Source: an uncultured Acidobacteriota bacterium (lineage in GTDB: Bacteria > Acidobacteriota > Vicinamibacteria > Vicinamibacterales > UBA2999). Taken from it: DNA of 64,000 nt. The stretch spans positions 75,498-139,497 of the forward strand of contig CAWFEX010000016.1 of assembly GCA_963814955.1 (NCBI GenBank), read 5' to 3'. A program made the position numbers and the translations under genes. Below, one piece after another: positions 31,902 to 42,986 of this stretch. Each line of letters opens with the position of its first letter. Positions within the stretch are counted from its first letter, which is position 1. The notes under the pieces were generated by a model. It was given only the letters and a program-made list of their open reading frames with translations. It searched no databases and was not told the origin of the DNA.

Positions 31902-32021
31902 TATGGCGGTCCAAGCGATCGAGCCTGTCAAGCGAAAAGGTCCCGCACCTGAACCTGCGATATACTCCGCGCGATTCGCGTCGCCATGGTGAGAGTGCGG
32001 CCGACGTTGAGGAGGATTGAG

Positions 32022-32879
32022 GTGCGCAACATTGTCCTTCTGGCGATGCTCCTTGGATTCACGCTGTCGCTTCCAGCGCAGGAACCGCCGTCTCCGGCGC
32101 CGGCCCAGCCTCCGGCTGGGTTGTTCACGCCGCTCGCCGGCGAATTCACACCGCTGGCGCCGGCGGACCTCGCCTCGCGGCCGGCGCCGAAGCTGTTCGA
32201 CGGGACACCCGACATCTCCGGGCCGTGGGTTGGCGGTGGCTCGAACGACGACATCGAGCGCGAAGGTGGATTGAAGCCGGGCGACATGCCGCTGCTGCCG
32301 TGGGCAAAGGCCCTTCGAGATTCGCGGAAGGAAGAAGATGAGCCGTATCTGTACTGCACACCTATGAGCGTCCCGCGCATGAACCCGTATCCGTGGCGGT
32401 TCGTGCAGTCCTACACCGCGCAAGGTCCGACGCACATCTTCGTGGTGCACGAGAATGGAGACGCGGGTTCCATCCGTCAGATTTTCATGGACGGCCGGGG
32501 ACACCCCGACGATCCGATCCCATCGTGGTGGGGGCACTCAATCGGGAAATGGGAGGACGACACGCTCGTCATCGACACCGTCGGCTACAACGACAAGTTC
32601 TGGTTCGACAGCCGCGGCACGCCGCACACCGAGCAGCTGCACACCATCGAACGGTGGACGCGGATCAACTGGGGCACGATGACCCATGACTTCACGCTCG
32701 ACGATCCGGGCGCGTTCTCGCGCCCCGTGCAGCTGCAGTTCGTGGCGCGAGCGGTACCGCCAGGGCACGAGCTGATGGAGTTCATCTGCACCGAGAACAA
32801 TCAGTACGGGATTGCCGCAGGCATCGAGAACGTCTACCAGGAAAAAGGGTACGGGCTCGAGAAGCCCGAGGCGAAGTAG
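32022..32879 (+). CDS. Secreted DUF6152-associated family protein (B-like)
   Basis: CTPMSVPR, HENGDAGS, PSWWGHSIG, EFICTENN. Confidence 0.85.
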   Translation: MRNIVLLAMLLGFTLSLPAQEPPSPAPAQPPAGLFTPLAGEFTPLAPADLASRPAPKLFDGTPDISGPWVGGGSNDDIEREGGLKPGDMPLLPWAKALRDSRKEEDEPYLYCTPMSVPRMNPYPWRFVQSYTAQGPTHIFVVHENGDAGSIRQIFMDGRGHPDDPIPSWWGHSIGKWEDDTLVIDTVGYNDKFWFDSRGTPHTEQLHTIERWTRINWGTMTHDFTLDDPGAFSRPVQLQFVARAVPPGHELMEFICTENNQYGIAAGIENVYQEKGYGLEKPEAK

Positions 32880-32892
32880 GAGGGGCGGGTAC

Positions 32893-33298
32893 ATGAGTAC
32901 GAGCGTGCGGCTGGCGATGGCGGTGGTCCTCCTCTCATGGACGCGCTCCCGTGGCGGCGCATCATTCATTCGAAGTCGAGTACGACCCGCGGAAGCCCAT
33001 CGAGGCGGCGGGCACCATCTCGAAAGTCGAGTGGACGAATCCACACATGCGTGTCTACGTGGACGTCACCGATGAGAAGGGTGTCGTGACCACGTGGAAC
33101 CTCGAGCTCGGCAGCCCCAACAGCGTGCTGCGGCGGGGCTGGAAGAGGGCTGACCTCCAGGTGGGCGAGAAGGTCACCTTCAAGGGGTTCGGCGGAAGGA
33201 AGATACTCACTCGGGCCGTGGCCGATTCCATCACGCTGTCAGACGGCCGTGCGTTTACTGGCGCGTCCGGGGCGCCCGACATCGCACGTCCCCAATAG
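32893..33298 (+). CDS. DUF6152 family exported protein (frameshift in the signal peptide)
   Basis: MSTSVRLAMAVVLL joined to AA-HHSFEVEYD, WTNPH. Confidence 0.8.
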
Positions 33299-33307
33299 AA
33301 TCTGACT

Positions 33308-34451
33308 ATGAAGTATCCGATTCTCGGTGCAGCGGTAGCCGTGTTCGTCTGTTCCGCCGGTGCTTCCATCACGATGTCAGCGCAGGCTGCGCAGGGCGGC
33401 CAGCAACAAAGCCCGCCGATGTCCGAAAACGTCTTCAAGAACATTCAGGTTCTCAAGGGGATTCCCGCCGACGAATTCATGGACACCATGGGGATGTTCG
33501 CATCCTCGCTCCTGTTCGATTGCACAGGGTGCCACGTCCAGGAAATCCTGACCAACCGCGACGCCTTCGCGGTTGCGACGCCCCGGATCCAACGGGCCCG
33601 GCAGATGGTGGTGATGGTCAACACCATCAACCGCAATTTCTTTGGCGGACAGCCGCGTGTGACCTGCTTTACGTGCCATCGCGGCGCGGATACGCCAGAG
33701 GTCATTCCCGACCTTGCGTTGCAGTACGGCGACGTGGCGGATGAAAACCCGAACGCGATGCGGATATTCCCAGACGCACGAGTATCCGCCGACAAGGTTT
33801 TCGGCCGATACATCCAGGAACTGGGCGGCAACGATCGCGTGAGCAAGCTCACGAGCTTTATCGCGACTGGCAACTACGCCGGATTCAACACCGGCGACGC
33901 GAAGGTTCCGATTGAAATCCACGCCAAGGCTCCGAATCAGCGGACGCAAATCGTTCGCACCTTCGAGGGTGATGCGATCAAGACATTCGACGGTCGCAAC
34001 GCCTGGGCCGCTGAGGGCTGGCGGCAGATTCCGCTGATGGAATTTACCGGCGGCAACCTGACAGGTGCCCGCTTCGAAGCCATCGTGTCGTTTCCAGCCG
34101 GCATTCAAAAGGCGTACAGCCAATGGCAGGCGACGCTGAGCGCCATTGACGGCCGCAACGTCCAGCTCCTGCAGGGAAGCAACCCGGGAGAGCTTCCGGT
34201 GAATCTGTATTTCGACGAGGAGTCAGGGCTGCTGGTACCGAACCGTCCGGTGGAGCAGGACGACGGTCGGGACGATTCCTACGCAGACCGACTACTCCGA
34301 TTACCGGGATGTCGCCGGCGTCAAGATGCCGTTCCACATTCTCATGAGGTGGACCAACGGACAGAACACGATCGAGCTGACCGAGGTGCGCCCCAACGTC
34401 GCCATCGCAGCCGAACGGTTCGCCAGACCGGCACCGTTCAAGCCGCGATAG
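33308..34451 (+). CDS. Diheme c-type cytochrome (PufC-like), paralog of 30627..31789, frameshift near 34240
   Basis: CTGCH and CFTCH; the repaired C-terminus RFARPAPFKPR* ends at 34451. Confidence 0.85.
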
Positions 34452-34467
34452 CCCGGGGCCGTCCGTC

Positions 34468-34497
34468 TTGACATCGAGAATGGCGCGTTGCCATGAT
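34468..34497 (+). promoter_or_regulatory. Putative sigma70 promoter
   Basis: TTGACA-18 bp-CATGAT with TG extension. Confidence 0.4.
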
Positions 34498-34568
34498 GTA
34501 GCGCCTGAAAGAGTCGGGTCTACGCGAGCTACGGTTCCGAAGAGCCAGTTGCGTTTGGAGGGAGTTCA

Positions 34569-34955
34569 ATGCGAATGAAGCTTGCGGCGTTTGTGACGAC
34601 CTTCGGTCTTTTTGCCTGCGGCGCATCGCTTGTCGCTCACCACGCGGTCGGGGCGGAATACGACGCGAACAAGCCAATCAAGTTGACAGGCCAGGTCACG
34701 AAGATCGAGTGGACGAATCCACACGCCCGTATCTACTTCGACGTCGCCCAGCCTGACGGAACGAAAGTCAATTGGAACGTCGAGCTGGCCGCCAGAAGCG
34801 CGCTCGTGCGCCAGGGGTGGAGCGCGAGGTCGCTCAACATCGGCGACACCGTGACGGTCGAAGGCATCATGGCGCGGTCGGGCGTGAACATGGTCAACGC
34901 ACGCGCGGTCTCGCTGCCGGACGGGAAGAAAGTTTTCTCGAACAACGACCAGTAG
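34569..34955 (+). CDS. DUF6152 family exported protein
   Basis: SLVA-HHAVGAEYD, WTNPH. Confidence 0.85.
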   Translation: MRMKLAAFVTTFGLFACGASLVAHHAVGAEYDANKPIKLTGQVTKIEWTNPHARIYFDVAQPDGTKVNWNVELAARSALVRQGWSARSLNIGDTVTVEGIMARSGVNMVNARAVSLPDGKKVFSNNDQ

Positions 34956-35034
34956 ACAGTTTCAAACCGTGGTGTCCGGCTTCAGCCGGACCTGAAGTTC
35001 GCTGGAAGGCGGACGAAATCCCAAAGGGGGTCGC

Positions 35035-35857
35035 GTGAGGAAGCTCTTTGTCGTCTTCCTGATGACGGCAGCGCTCCTGCCGCTGCTGGCGCAGCCGGCG
35101 TCGACACAATACGACCAGGCCCAGAAGCCGATCGCGGCGGTGAGGCGCGCCGGTCCGCCGAAGGGTGCGGTGCCCAGACTGCCGAACGGGATGGTCGATC
35201 TGATGGACGCGACGTGGACCGGAGGTGGCCCCGTCAACGACCTCGAAGGCCAGGGTGGATTGAAGAAGGGCGAGCTCGATGGCCTTCTGCTTCCGTGGGC
35301 GAAGGCGTTGATGGCGACGCGGGATGAAACCCAGGAGCCGCATAACGCGTGTCTGCCCATGGGCGTCCCCCGCGTGACGCCGTTCCCGTACCGCTTCGTG
35401 CAGAACTACACCCACAAGCCGCCTACGCACATGTTCATCCTGCACGAAGGGAACATCCACAGCTATCGGCAGATCTTCATGGACGGCCGGAAGCATCCGG
35501 CGGACCTCGATCCAACGTGGTACGGCCATTCGATCGGGTCGTGGGAAAAGGACACGCTCGTCATCGACACTGTGGGCTACAACGACAAGTTCTGGTTCGA
35601 CCGCCGTGGTCACCCGCACTCAGAGCAGTTGCGTACCGTGGAGCGATGGACCCGGTTGAACCTCGGCGAGATGGAGAACAAGGTCACCATCGACGACCCG
35701 GGCGCATACAGCAAGCCGTTCACGGTGACGTTCATGGCGACAACGACGCCCGGTGACGAGTTGCTCGAGTACCATCTGCCAGGAAAACAATCAGTACGGT
35801 ATTCAAACGATTCCCGGCTACAAAGGTCCGACCTTCGGTGCGGCGCCGGCGAAGTAA
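35035..35857 (+). CDS. Secreted DUF6152-associated family protein, subtype A (frameshift near 35772)
   Basis: CLPMGVPR, HEGNIHSYRQIF; repaired end EYICQENNQYGIQTIPGYKGPTFGAAPAK*. Confidence 0.85.
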
Positions 35858-35964
35858 GCCGCGCTCGACGGTCGTATCGGCGCACGCGCTTTCGTGATCG
35901 GACGATCCACCCGCCGGCACGCCGCCGGCGGGAAGAACGATGTCTTCAGTGAGGGTGTAATCAC

Positions 35965-36777
35965 ATGGCACGACGTTTTGCTTCAAGTATGTTGATGTTG
36001 GCGATCGCGGTTCTCTTTGCGACTCTTCCGGCGGGAGCGCAGCAGGCCGCGACGGAGAAACAGTTCGAGCCGCAGGTCGGGCAGGCCGGAAAAGACGTTG
36101 TCTGGGTACCGACGCCGCAGGCGCTCGTCGACAAGATGCTCGACATGGCCAAGGTCACCCCGCAGGACTTCGTGATGGACCTCGGCTCTGGTGATGGCCG
36201 CACCGTCATTACCGCCGCGAAACGCGGCGCCCGTGCCACGGGCATTGAATACAACCCCAACATGGTGGAGCTGTCGCGGAAAAATGCCGCCGCGGCGGGC
36301 ATGACGCAGCGCGCCACATTCCAGCAGGCCGACCTGTTCGAGACCGACTTCTCGAAGGCACAGGTCATCACCATGTTTCTGCTGCCGTCGATCAACATGA
36401 AGCTTCGGCCCAAGCTGCTCGAGCTCAGGCCTGGAACCAGAATCGTGTCGAACACGTTCACGATGGAAGACTGGGAAGCGGACGAGACGCAGAGGATCGA
36501 GCAGGACTGCACCAGCTGGTGTACGGCGCTCCTGTGGATCGTGCCGGCAAAGGTCGACGGGACGTGGCGCATCGGTCAGAACAATCTCGTGCTGAAGCAG
36601 CAGTTTCAGATGCTGTCCGGGTCGCTCGGCTCGACCATGATCTCGGCCGGACGCATGCGCGGAGACGAGATTACCTTCACCGCCGGCAACGCCGTATATA
36701 CCGGGCGCGTCTCCGGAAACAGCATCAAGGGGTCGATCAAGGGCGGGAGCGGGGGCACGTTTACTGCCACACGTTGA
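35965..36777 (+). CDS. Signal-peptide-bearing class I SAM-dependent methyltransferase
   Basis: AGA-QQ cleavage site, DVVWVPTP, DLGSGDGR, GIEYN, LRPGTRIVS. Confidence 0.85.
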   Translation: MARRFASSMLMLAIAVLFATLPAGAQQAATEKQFEPQVGQAGKDVVWVPTPQALVDKMLDMAKVTPQDFVMDLGSGDGRTVITAAKRGARATGIEYNPNMVELSRKNAAAAGMTQRATFQQADLFETDFSKAQVITMFLLPSINMKLRPKLLELRPGTRIVSNTFTMEDWEADETQRIEQDCTSWCTALLWIVPAKVDGTWRIGQNNLVLKQQFQMLSGSLGSTMISAGRMRGDEITFTAGNAVYTGRVSGNSIKGSIKGGSGGTFTATR

Positions 36778-36803
36778 ATCGCGCACTGAACGCGCAGTTT
36801 GCC

Positions 36804-36834
36804 AAGGGGCTGACACCAGTCAGCCCCTTTTTTT
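36804..36834 (+). terminator. Rho-independent terminator
   Basis: AAGGGGCTGAC-acca-GTCAGCCCC followed by T7. Confidence 0.85.
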
Positions 36835-36870
36835 CTGCACTCGTTTGCTGCCGCGCATGTCCGTGGACGG

Positions 36871-36923
36871 TCTTGTGTTTATGTCTTGTGTTTATTGACC
36901 CCTGTTTTTCCCTGTGCTACCGT
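36871..36923 (+). promoter_or_regulatory. Putative sigma70 promoter with an abutting 12-bp direct repeat
   Basis: TCTTGTGTTTAT-g-TCTTGTGTTTAT overlapping TTGACC-17 bp-TACCGT (extended TG). Confidence 0.55.
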
Positions 36924-37062
36924 CCGCCGTCAACGTCCTGAACCTTGTTCTTGCGGAAAAAAAGAAAGTCGAAGACTTCATAGCGTCGTAGCCGGCAGTT
37001 CTAATTCGTTCGCGTTTCGGCCCCGGTCGTCATCTCTAGCTCCGGACTCGAAGGAGGATGCC

Positions 37063-40000
37063 ATGAGGCGGTTCCTGAGGGGTTTCTCGGCTGGCGCGTT
37101 AATGCTTCTGGTGAGCGTCCCTGCATGGGCGCAGGCCACCGCCGCGCTCAACGGCAGGGTCACCGACGAGAGCGGTGGAATCCTGCCCGGCGTCAGCGTC
37201 ACGGCGACCCAGACCGACACCGGCTTCTCGCGGTCAGTCGTCACGGACGGGAACGGCACCTACGTGCTGCCGAATCTTCCCGTCGGGCCCTACCAGCTCG
37301 AGATGACGCTGCAGGGGTTCCGCACCTACATGCAGACGGGCATCGTCCTGCAGGTGGCGGCCACGCCGACGATCAATGCGGTGCTGACGGTCGGGAGTCT
37401 CGAAGAGACGGTGTCGGTGGAAGCGGCGGCGCCGCTCGTCGACGTCCGGAGCACCGGTATCAGCGAAGTGGTCGAGCAGGAGCGGATCCTCGAGCTGCCA
37501 CTCGAGGGCCGCAACCCGGCTGCCCTGATTGCAATGGTCGGCGGTGTAGTGCAGGAAACGCCAAACAATAAAAGCATGCCGGGCTCGACGTATACGGGCG
37601 TAGCCGGAAGCCTTCCGTTCGGCGTGACGTACCTGCTCGATGGTGCCCCGCACAACAACCCGTACGACAACCTCAACATGCCGCTCCCGTTTCCGGACGC
37701 GATGCAGGAATTTCGCGTCGCCACGAGCGGGCTCTCCGCCGACAACGGCGTGCATTCGGGCGGCTCGGTGAACGTGGTGACGAAGTCGGGCACGAACATA
37801 TTCCATGGAACGCTCTTCGAGTTCCTCCGCGACAAGCGGTTCAACGCCAAGGCGGTCTTCGCGCCCATCAATCCTGCGACCGGCGATCGGCTGGACGACG
37901 GCCTCAGACGGAATCAGCTCGGCGGCGTGATGGGCGGTCCGATCCTGGCGGATCGTCTCTTCTTCTTCGGCGCCTACCAGGGGACGTTCCAGAAGGTGGC
38001 GCCGCCCGACTCGATCACGCGAATCGCGACGCCGGCAATGCTGGCCGGTGACTTCACGGCGTTCACCTCCCCGGCCTGCAACCGTGGTCAGCAGATCACG
38101 TTGCGCGGGCCGTTCGTGAACAACCAGATCGATCCGCGCATGTTCAGCCCGGCGGCGATGGCGATTGCACGGCAACTGCCGATCACGGCTGACCCGTGCG
38201 GCGACGTCCGGTTTTCCGCGCCGCTGAGCTACGACCAGAGCCAGATTGTCACCAAGGTCGATTACCAGGGAAGCGGCGGCCATTCCATCTTCGGCCGCTA
38301 CATGCTGACCTTCGACGAGCAGGTCCCGGCGTGGCCCAAGTCGGGCAACGTGCTGACCACGAGGGCCGAGGACAACGCGCAGAACCATCGCGCGCATTCT
38401 CTGACGTTCGGCGATACGCGCGTGTTCGGCACCGACACGGTGAACGCGTTTCGCGTGGCATGGAACCGCAGCCGCGCGCACTATCACCTCGAGCCGTTCT
38501 TCGGCGCCGAAACGCTTGGCATCAATAACTTCCACAATTACGTGCCCGGCATCATTGGCATCGAGATCAGTGGCGGATTCACCACCGCCTCGGGCGGCTC
38601 GGTGCTGTTCCAGGGCGATACGGACGCATATCAGGTTTCCGACGACATCACGCTGGTGCGGGGCAGCCATCAGCTCGCTCTGGGCGGGCAGGTGGCGTAC
38701 TGGACGCACTATACGGTCGACGGCCAGCGCGGCGTCGGTCTCTGGACCTTCGACGGATCGTTAACCGGGGCCGGCATGGCGGACTTCCTGACGGGACGAT
38801 TGGCGCGTCTCGAGCACGCGCGGCCAGGCGTGCTCGACTTGACACAGAGATACCTGGGCTTCTACGCACAGGACACCTGGCGCGTCAGCCCGCGTGTGAC
38901 GCTCAACGGCGGGATACGGTGGGAGCCGTTCTTCGGCGCGCACATCCAGAACCAGGCGATTGCCAATTTCGATCTCGACAGGTTCCGCCAGGGCGCCACG
39001 AGCACGGTCTTTCGCAACGCGCCGCCCGGATTCCTGTATCCCGGCGACGCCGATTTTCCGTCCGGCACATCGGGGCTGAACAACAAGTGGACCAACTTCG
39101 CGCCGCGCGTCGGAATGGCATGGGACGTAACCGGCGACGGCCGGATGGCGGTGCGATCCTCGGTACAGCCTCGGCTACGATTTTCAGGGCGCGTCGTACC
39201 TGTTCATCAGCGCGACAGCGCCGCCCTTCGGCGGCCGGCTGCGTGTCACCCAGTTGCCGGGCGGCTTCGACGATCCATATCGTGACTTCCCCGGCGGGGC
39301 GCCGCATCCGTATCCGGAAGCGCCAGGTCCGGATGCGCAGTTTCCGGCGTACGGCGCGCTCGCATCGGTTGACCCCGACAACAACTCCACGCGCGTCCAG
39401 TCATGGAACGTCATCGTCGAGCGGCAGATCGGCGCATCGTGGCAGGTGGCCGCCAGCTATCTCGGCAGCTATACGGATCGGATCTGGGCGCAGGCGCAGC
39501 GCAACCCCGGCGTCTTCATGGCGGGCGCGACGGCGGCGAACCTGAATCAGCGGCGCGTGCTGTCGCTGGAGAACCCGCAGGCATCGCGGCTCATCGGATC
39601 GATCGAACGCCATGAGGCCATCGGCACGCAGACCTACCGCGCGCTGCGGGTGTCGACCCAGCGGCGTGCGGCCAGCGGCGTGAGCCTGACCGCGAACTAC
39701 ACGCGCTCCTACTGCGTTGGCAATGTCGCCCAGACCACGTTCTTCACGGGCGGCCAGAGTCTGCAGGATCCCGACAACCCTGACTGGGATCTCGGCAACT
39801 GCCAGTTCTCCCGGCGGCACATCGCCAACGCAACGGTGACCGTGGAGACGCCGCAGTTTGAGAACCGCGGGGTGAATATTCTGGCGTCGGGGTGGAATGT
39901 GGCGGGCATTCTCAAGGCGTCCTCAGGCACCTGGCTCACCGTGATGACGCTCCGCGACATCGCCGCGACGGGTATCTTGCAACAACGGGTCAACCAGGTG

Positions 40001-40357
40001 CTGGACAACCCGTACGGAGACAAGACGCTGAACAACTATCTGAATCGCGCCGCGTTTGCCGACCCGGCACCGGGGCAGTTGGGTAACCACACACGCAACA
40101 GCATCGAAGGACCCGCCTACTGGAGCATCGATCTGGCGCTGACGCGTCGGATCCCGCTTGGCGCCACGAACAACCTGGAGCTTCGCCTGGAGACGTTCAA
40201 CCTGTTGAACCACTTCAACTGGGGCAATCCGGGACCGCCGCTGGGCGGCGGCGGCAACGCCAATACCGTCAATTTCGATGCCGGCAACTTCGGGCAGATC
40301 ATCACACAGGCGGGGACGCCGCGCATTCTGCAGTTCGGGATCAAATATGCGTTCTGA
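37063..40357 (+). CDS. Oar-like TonB-dependent receptor (frameshift near 39163)
   Basis: ORFs 36886..39285 and 39254..40357; RBS AAGGAGG; ends QFGIKYAF. Confidence 0.9.
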
Positions 40358-40404
40358 CGAAATTTTCGCTCCGACAGGCCACAGAGACACGGAGACATTG
40401 AGAC

Positions 40405-41400
40405 TTGAAATCAGGAATACGTGCTGATCGTCCAAGTCCGGCTGAAGCCGGACACTACGTACCAGCGCCGCCGTACGTAGTGTCCGGCTTCAGCCGGACC
40501 GTTCTCGTTGCGCTCGCCATCCTGTTCTTGCCGGGTCCTTCAGTCTTCGCGCAGGTGGACGTCGCCGGCAAGTGGCGTCCTCTTGGCCGCAACGAGGATG
40601 GCAGCGGCATGACGGGCGACGCGGCCGGTCTTCCGATCAGTCAGGAGGGCCGGTGGCGGGGGGACAGCTGGTCGCCAGGCGAGTTCGACGTCGCCGAGTG
40701 GGTGTGCCGCCCGCATCCGTGGGACTTCTCGCTCGAAGGCGTCCTGTCGGCGCTGCACCTCTGGTCGGAGGTCGATCCGGCCACGCAGAAGGTGGCTGCC
40801 TATCGCGGGCACATCAACCAGCTGGAGCAGGAAACGACGATCTGGATGGATGGCCGTCCGCATCCTGCGGAACACGCACCCAACTCCTGGAGCGGTTTCT
40901 CTACCGGCGAATGGGACGGCGACACGCTCGTCGTCACGACGACGCACGTCAAGGAGAGCTACATTCGGCGGTCGGGTCTGATGCGCAGCGATCGATCGAC
41001 GATCCGGACGCGGTGGAAGCGCATGGGCAATCTCCTTCAGGCCACCGTGATCATCTACGACCCGATCTATCTCGCTGAACCCTACATCCGCACGACCATG
41101 ATGTGGGAGGCTGATTCCGCCATGCGGCTGGAGCCGTATCCGTGCGAAGAAGCCACGGAAACCGCCATTCCCCGCGGCGCGGTGCCACATTTTCTTCCAG
41201 GTACGAGCCCGTTGCCGGGCCTGGATCCGAAGCTTGCCGATCAGTTCGGCACGCCGCACCTGGCGCGCCTCGGCGGTCCCGAGACGATGTACCCGGAGTA
41301 CATCAAGAAGATGAAAGGCATGCCGAAGCCGACCGTAACGGCGCCTCGCGGCACCACCGAGCGCGGCTCGTCGCAGCCGCTGCTCGAGCCGCCTCGGTAA
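40405..41400 (+). CDS. Secreted protein, distant member of the DUF6152-associated family
   Basis: VFA-QVD.AG.W, IWMDGRPHP, W.GFSTGEWDGDTLVV, HFLPG, GGPETMYPEY. The N-terminus includes a REP pair; start uncertain. Confidence 0.75.
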   Translation: MKSGIRADRPSPAEAGHYVPAPPYVVSGFSRTVLVALAILFLPGPSVFAQVDVAGKWRPLGRNEDGSGMTGDAAGLPISQEGRWRGDSWSPGEFDVAEWVCRPHPWDFSLEGVLSALHLWSEVDPATQKVAAYRGHINQLEQETTIWMDGRPHPAEHAPNSWSGFSTGEWDGDTLVVTTTHVKESYIRRSGLMRSDRSTIRTRWKRMGNLLQATVIIYDPIYLAEPYIRTTMMWEADSAMRLEPYPCEEATETAIPRGAVPHFLPGTSPLPGLDPKLADQFGTPHLARLGGPETMYPEYIKKMKGMPKPTVTAPRGTTERGSSQPLLEPPR

Positions 41401-41548
41401 CTTCCACGGGCCACAGAGGCGCAGAGACACAGAGGATCATCGATCATCGATGCTCCAATGTGGTTTCCGTGAGGACGCGCAGGCTGAAGCCTGCTCTCTA
41501 CGAGTCAGCTCCGTGTCTCCGTGTCTCCGTGGCCTGTAGTTGTGAAAA

Positions 41549-42362
41549 TTACGGCGCCGAAGATTTCTGAACGTCCGCTTCCGTGCAGTTGCCCGTGCGG
41601 CAGCGGTCGTTGTCGTCGCAGACGAACTCGAGAATCTTCCACGTGGGCTTGAGCTGCATCGCCCAGTGCTCGACGAAGGGCTTTTCGAAGACCACCGGAT
41701 CGTCAAGCGTCACGTCGTAGGTCACGTTTCGCGGATCCGTGAAGCGCAGGCGCTCGACGACGTGCATCTGATCGCTGTGCCATCGTGATCCGCCGTCTTC
41801 CGGGTGATAGGCGTCGAGCAGCCACTCGTTGAGGCCGATAGTGTCGATCACGAGCGTGTCGTCTTCCCACCACGCAATCGAATCGCCCATATAGGACGGC
41901 TCGATGTCGTCAGCATGGGCGCGGTTTGGCTCCCCGAACGGAATCACGCGGAAGAAGTGCATGGTACTCGTACAGGATGACGAGTTGTGTGGGAGTCTGG
42001 ATCCACTGCTGCGCGTACGGAGACGGGATCTGCCGCGTCAGACCGTTCGGCAGGCATATTGCGGTTGGATCGTCGATCCGCACGTTCCCCGCGTACGGTC
42101 GGTTGAGGAGGCTCTTGCCCTCAGGCTTGACGGGCGGCATGTTGGCGTCGGTGTAGCGCCGCACCTGCGCCGTGTCGACGTCTTTGCCCGTGTGCGCGAA
42201 CCCGGGCCCCGCCCAGACACCGGTAAAGTCGGGTTTCCCATCCGCGGTTCGCGGAATGCTCGGCTGACTCTGGTTCGTCTGCTGCGCGCCCGTGCAGGCC
42301 GACAAGATGGTGACCACCACAGCGGACAGCGACACGAGTCGGATGCGACGGGTCCAAGACAT
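41549..42362 (-). CDS. Lipoprotein member of the DUF6152-associated family (frameshift near 41960)
   Basis: Lipobox LSA-C, PRTADGKPDFTGVW, CLPNGLTR, PSYMGDSIAWWEDDTLVIDT, HSDQMHVVER, EFVCDDN. Confidence 0.8.
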
Positions 42363-42380
42363 GATGGCGACCTTATGGCT

Positions 42381-42423
42381 TTGTGACTTGTGACTTGTGA
42401 CCTGTGACTTGTGACCTCGTGAC
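42381..42423. repeat. Heptamer array (TTGTGAC)x~6
   Basis: ttgtgac ttgtgac ttgtgac ctgtgac ttgtgac ctcgtgac. Confidence 0.9.
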
Positions 42424-42428
42424 GCAGA

Positions 42429-42827
42429 TCAGTTCGGCCGCACGTCTTCCGGCGAGGCGGTGAACACGCTGCGGCCGTCGGCAAACGTCACTCGCCCACC
42501 AGAAGCATTGTTCGACCCGTCCCGCGCCCTGAAGCCGTCCACTTTGACGACGTCGCCGGTCTTCATGGCGTCTTTGGCAATGCCCTGGCGCATCAGGAAG
42601 GAGGGCGGGGCCCCCGAAAATCCCCAGGTGGTGATCTTGCCGTTCGCGTCCTTCACGTCGACGTAGAACCAGATGTGAGGATTGCGCCACTCGACCTTCT
42701 TCACCACTCCCGTGACCGACACCGGCTTGGTCCGATCGTATTCAGTGGCAAACGAGTGATGGGCCCCGGCGGGCGACGCAGCCAGAAGCGCAGAAATCGC
42801 CGCGAGGACCGCGCCCAATGACTTCAT
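42429..42827 (-). CDS. DUF6152 family exported protein
   Basis: PAGA-HHSFATEYD, WRNPH. Confidence 0.85.
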   Translation of the reverse strand: MKSLGAVLAAISALLAASPAGAHHSFATEYDRTKPVSVTGVVKKVEWRNPHIWFYVDVKDANGKITTWGFSGAPPSFLMRQGIAKDAMKTGDVVKVDGFRARDGSNNASGGRVTFADGRSVFTASPEDVRPN

Positions 42828-42986
42828 CGGATGTCTCCTCCCAGACGTCTTGAAAGGCCGAACTCACACGAACGAGTCACGTATCGACCGGCCTTTCGAG
42901 ACGTCTCGCCCGCACGGAGTGCGGGCAACCAGATACTGTCGTAGCGAGGCGGAGCCACATTATCGCTGGTCTGAGGCGCAGCCTCG

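Noticed and set aside
30627-34451. Photosynthetic reaction centre (pufC) genes
   Set aside because: Only two hemes each, an unrelated C-domain, and no pufLM/bch genes.
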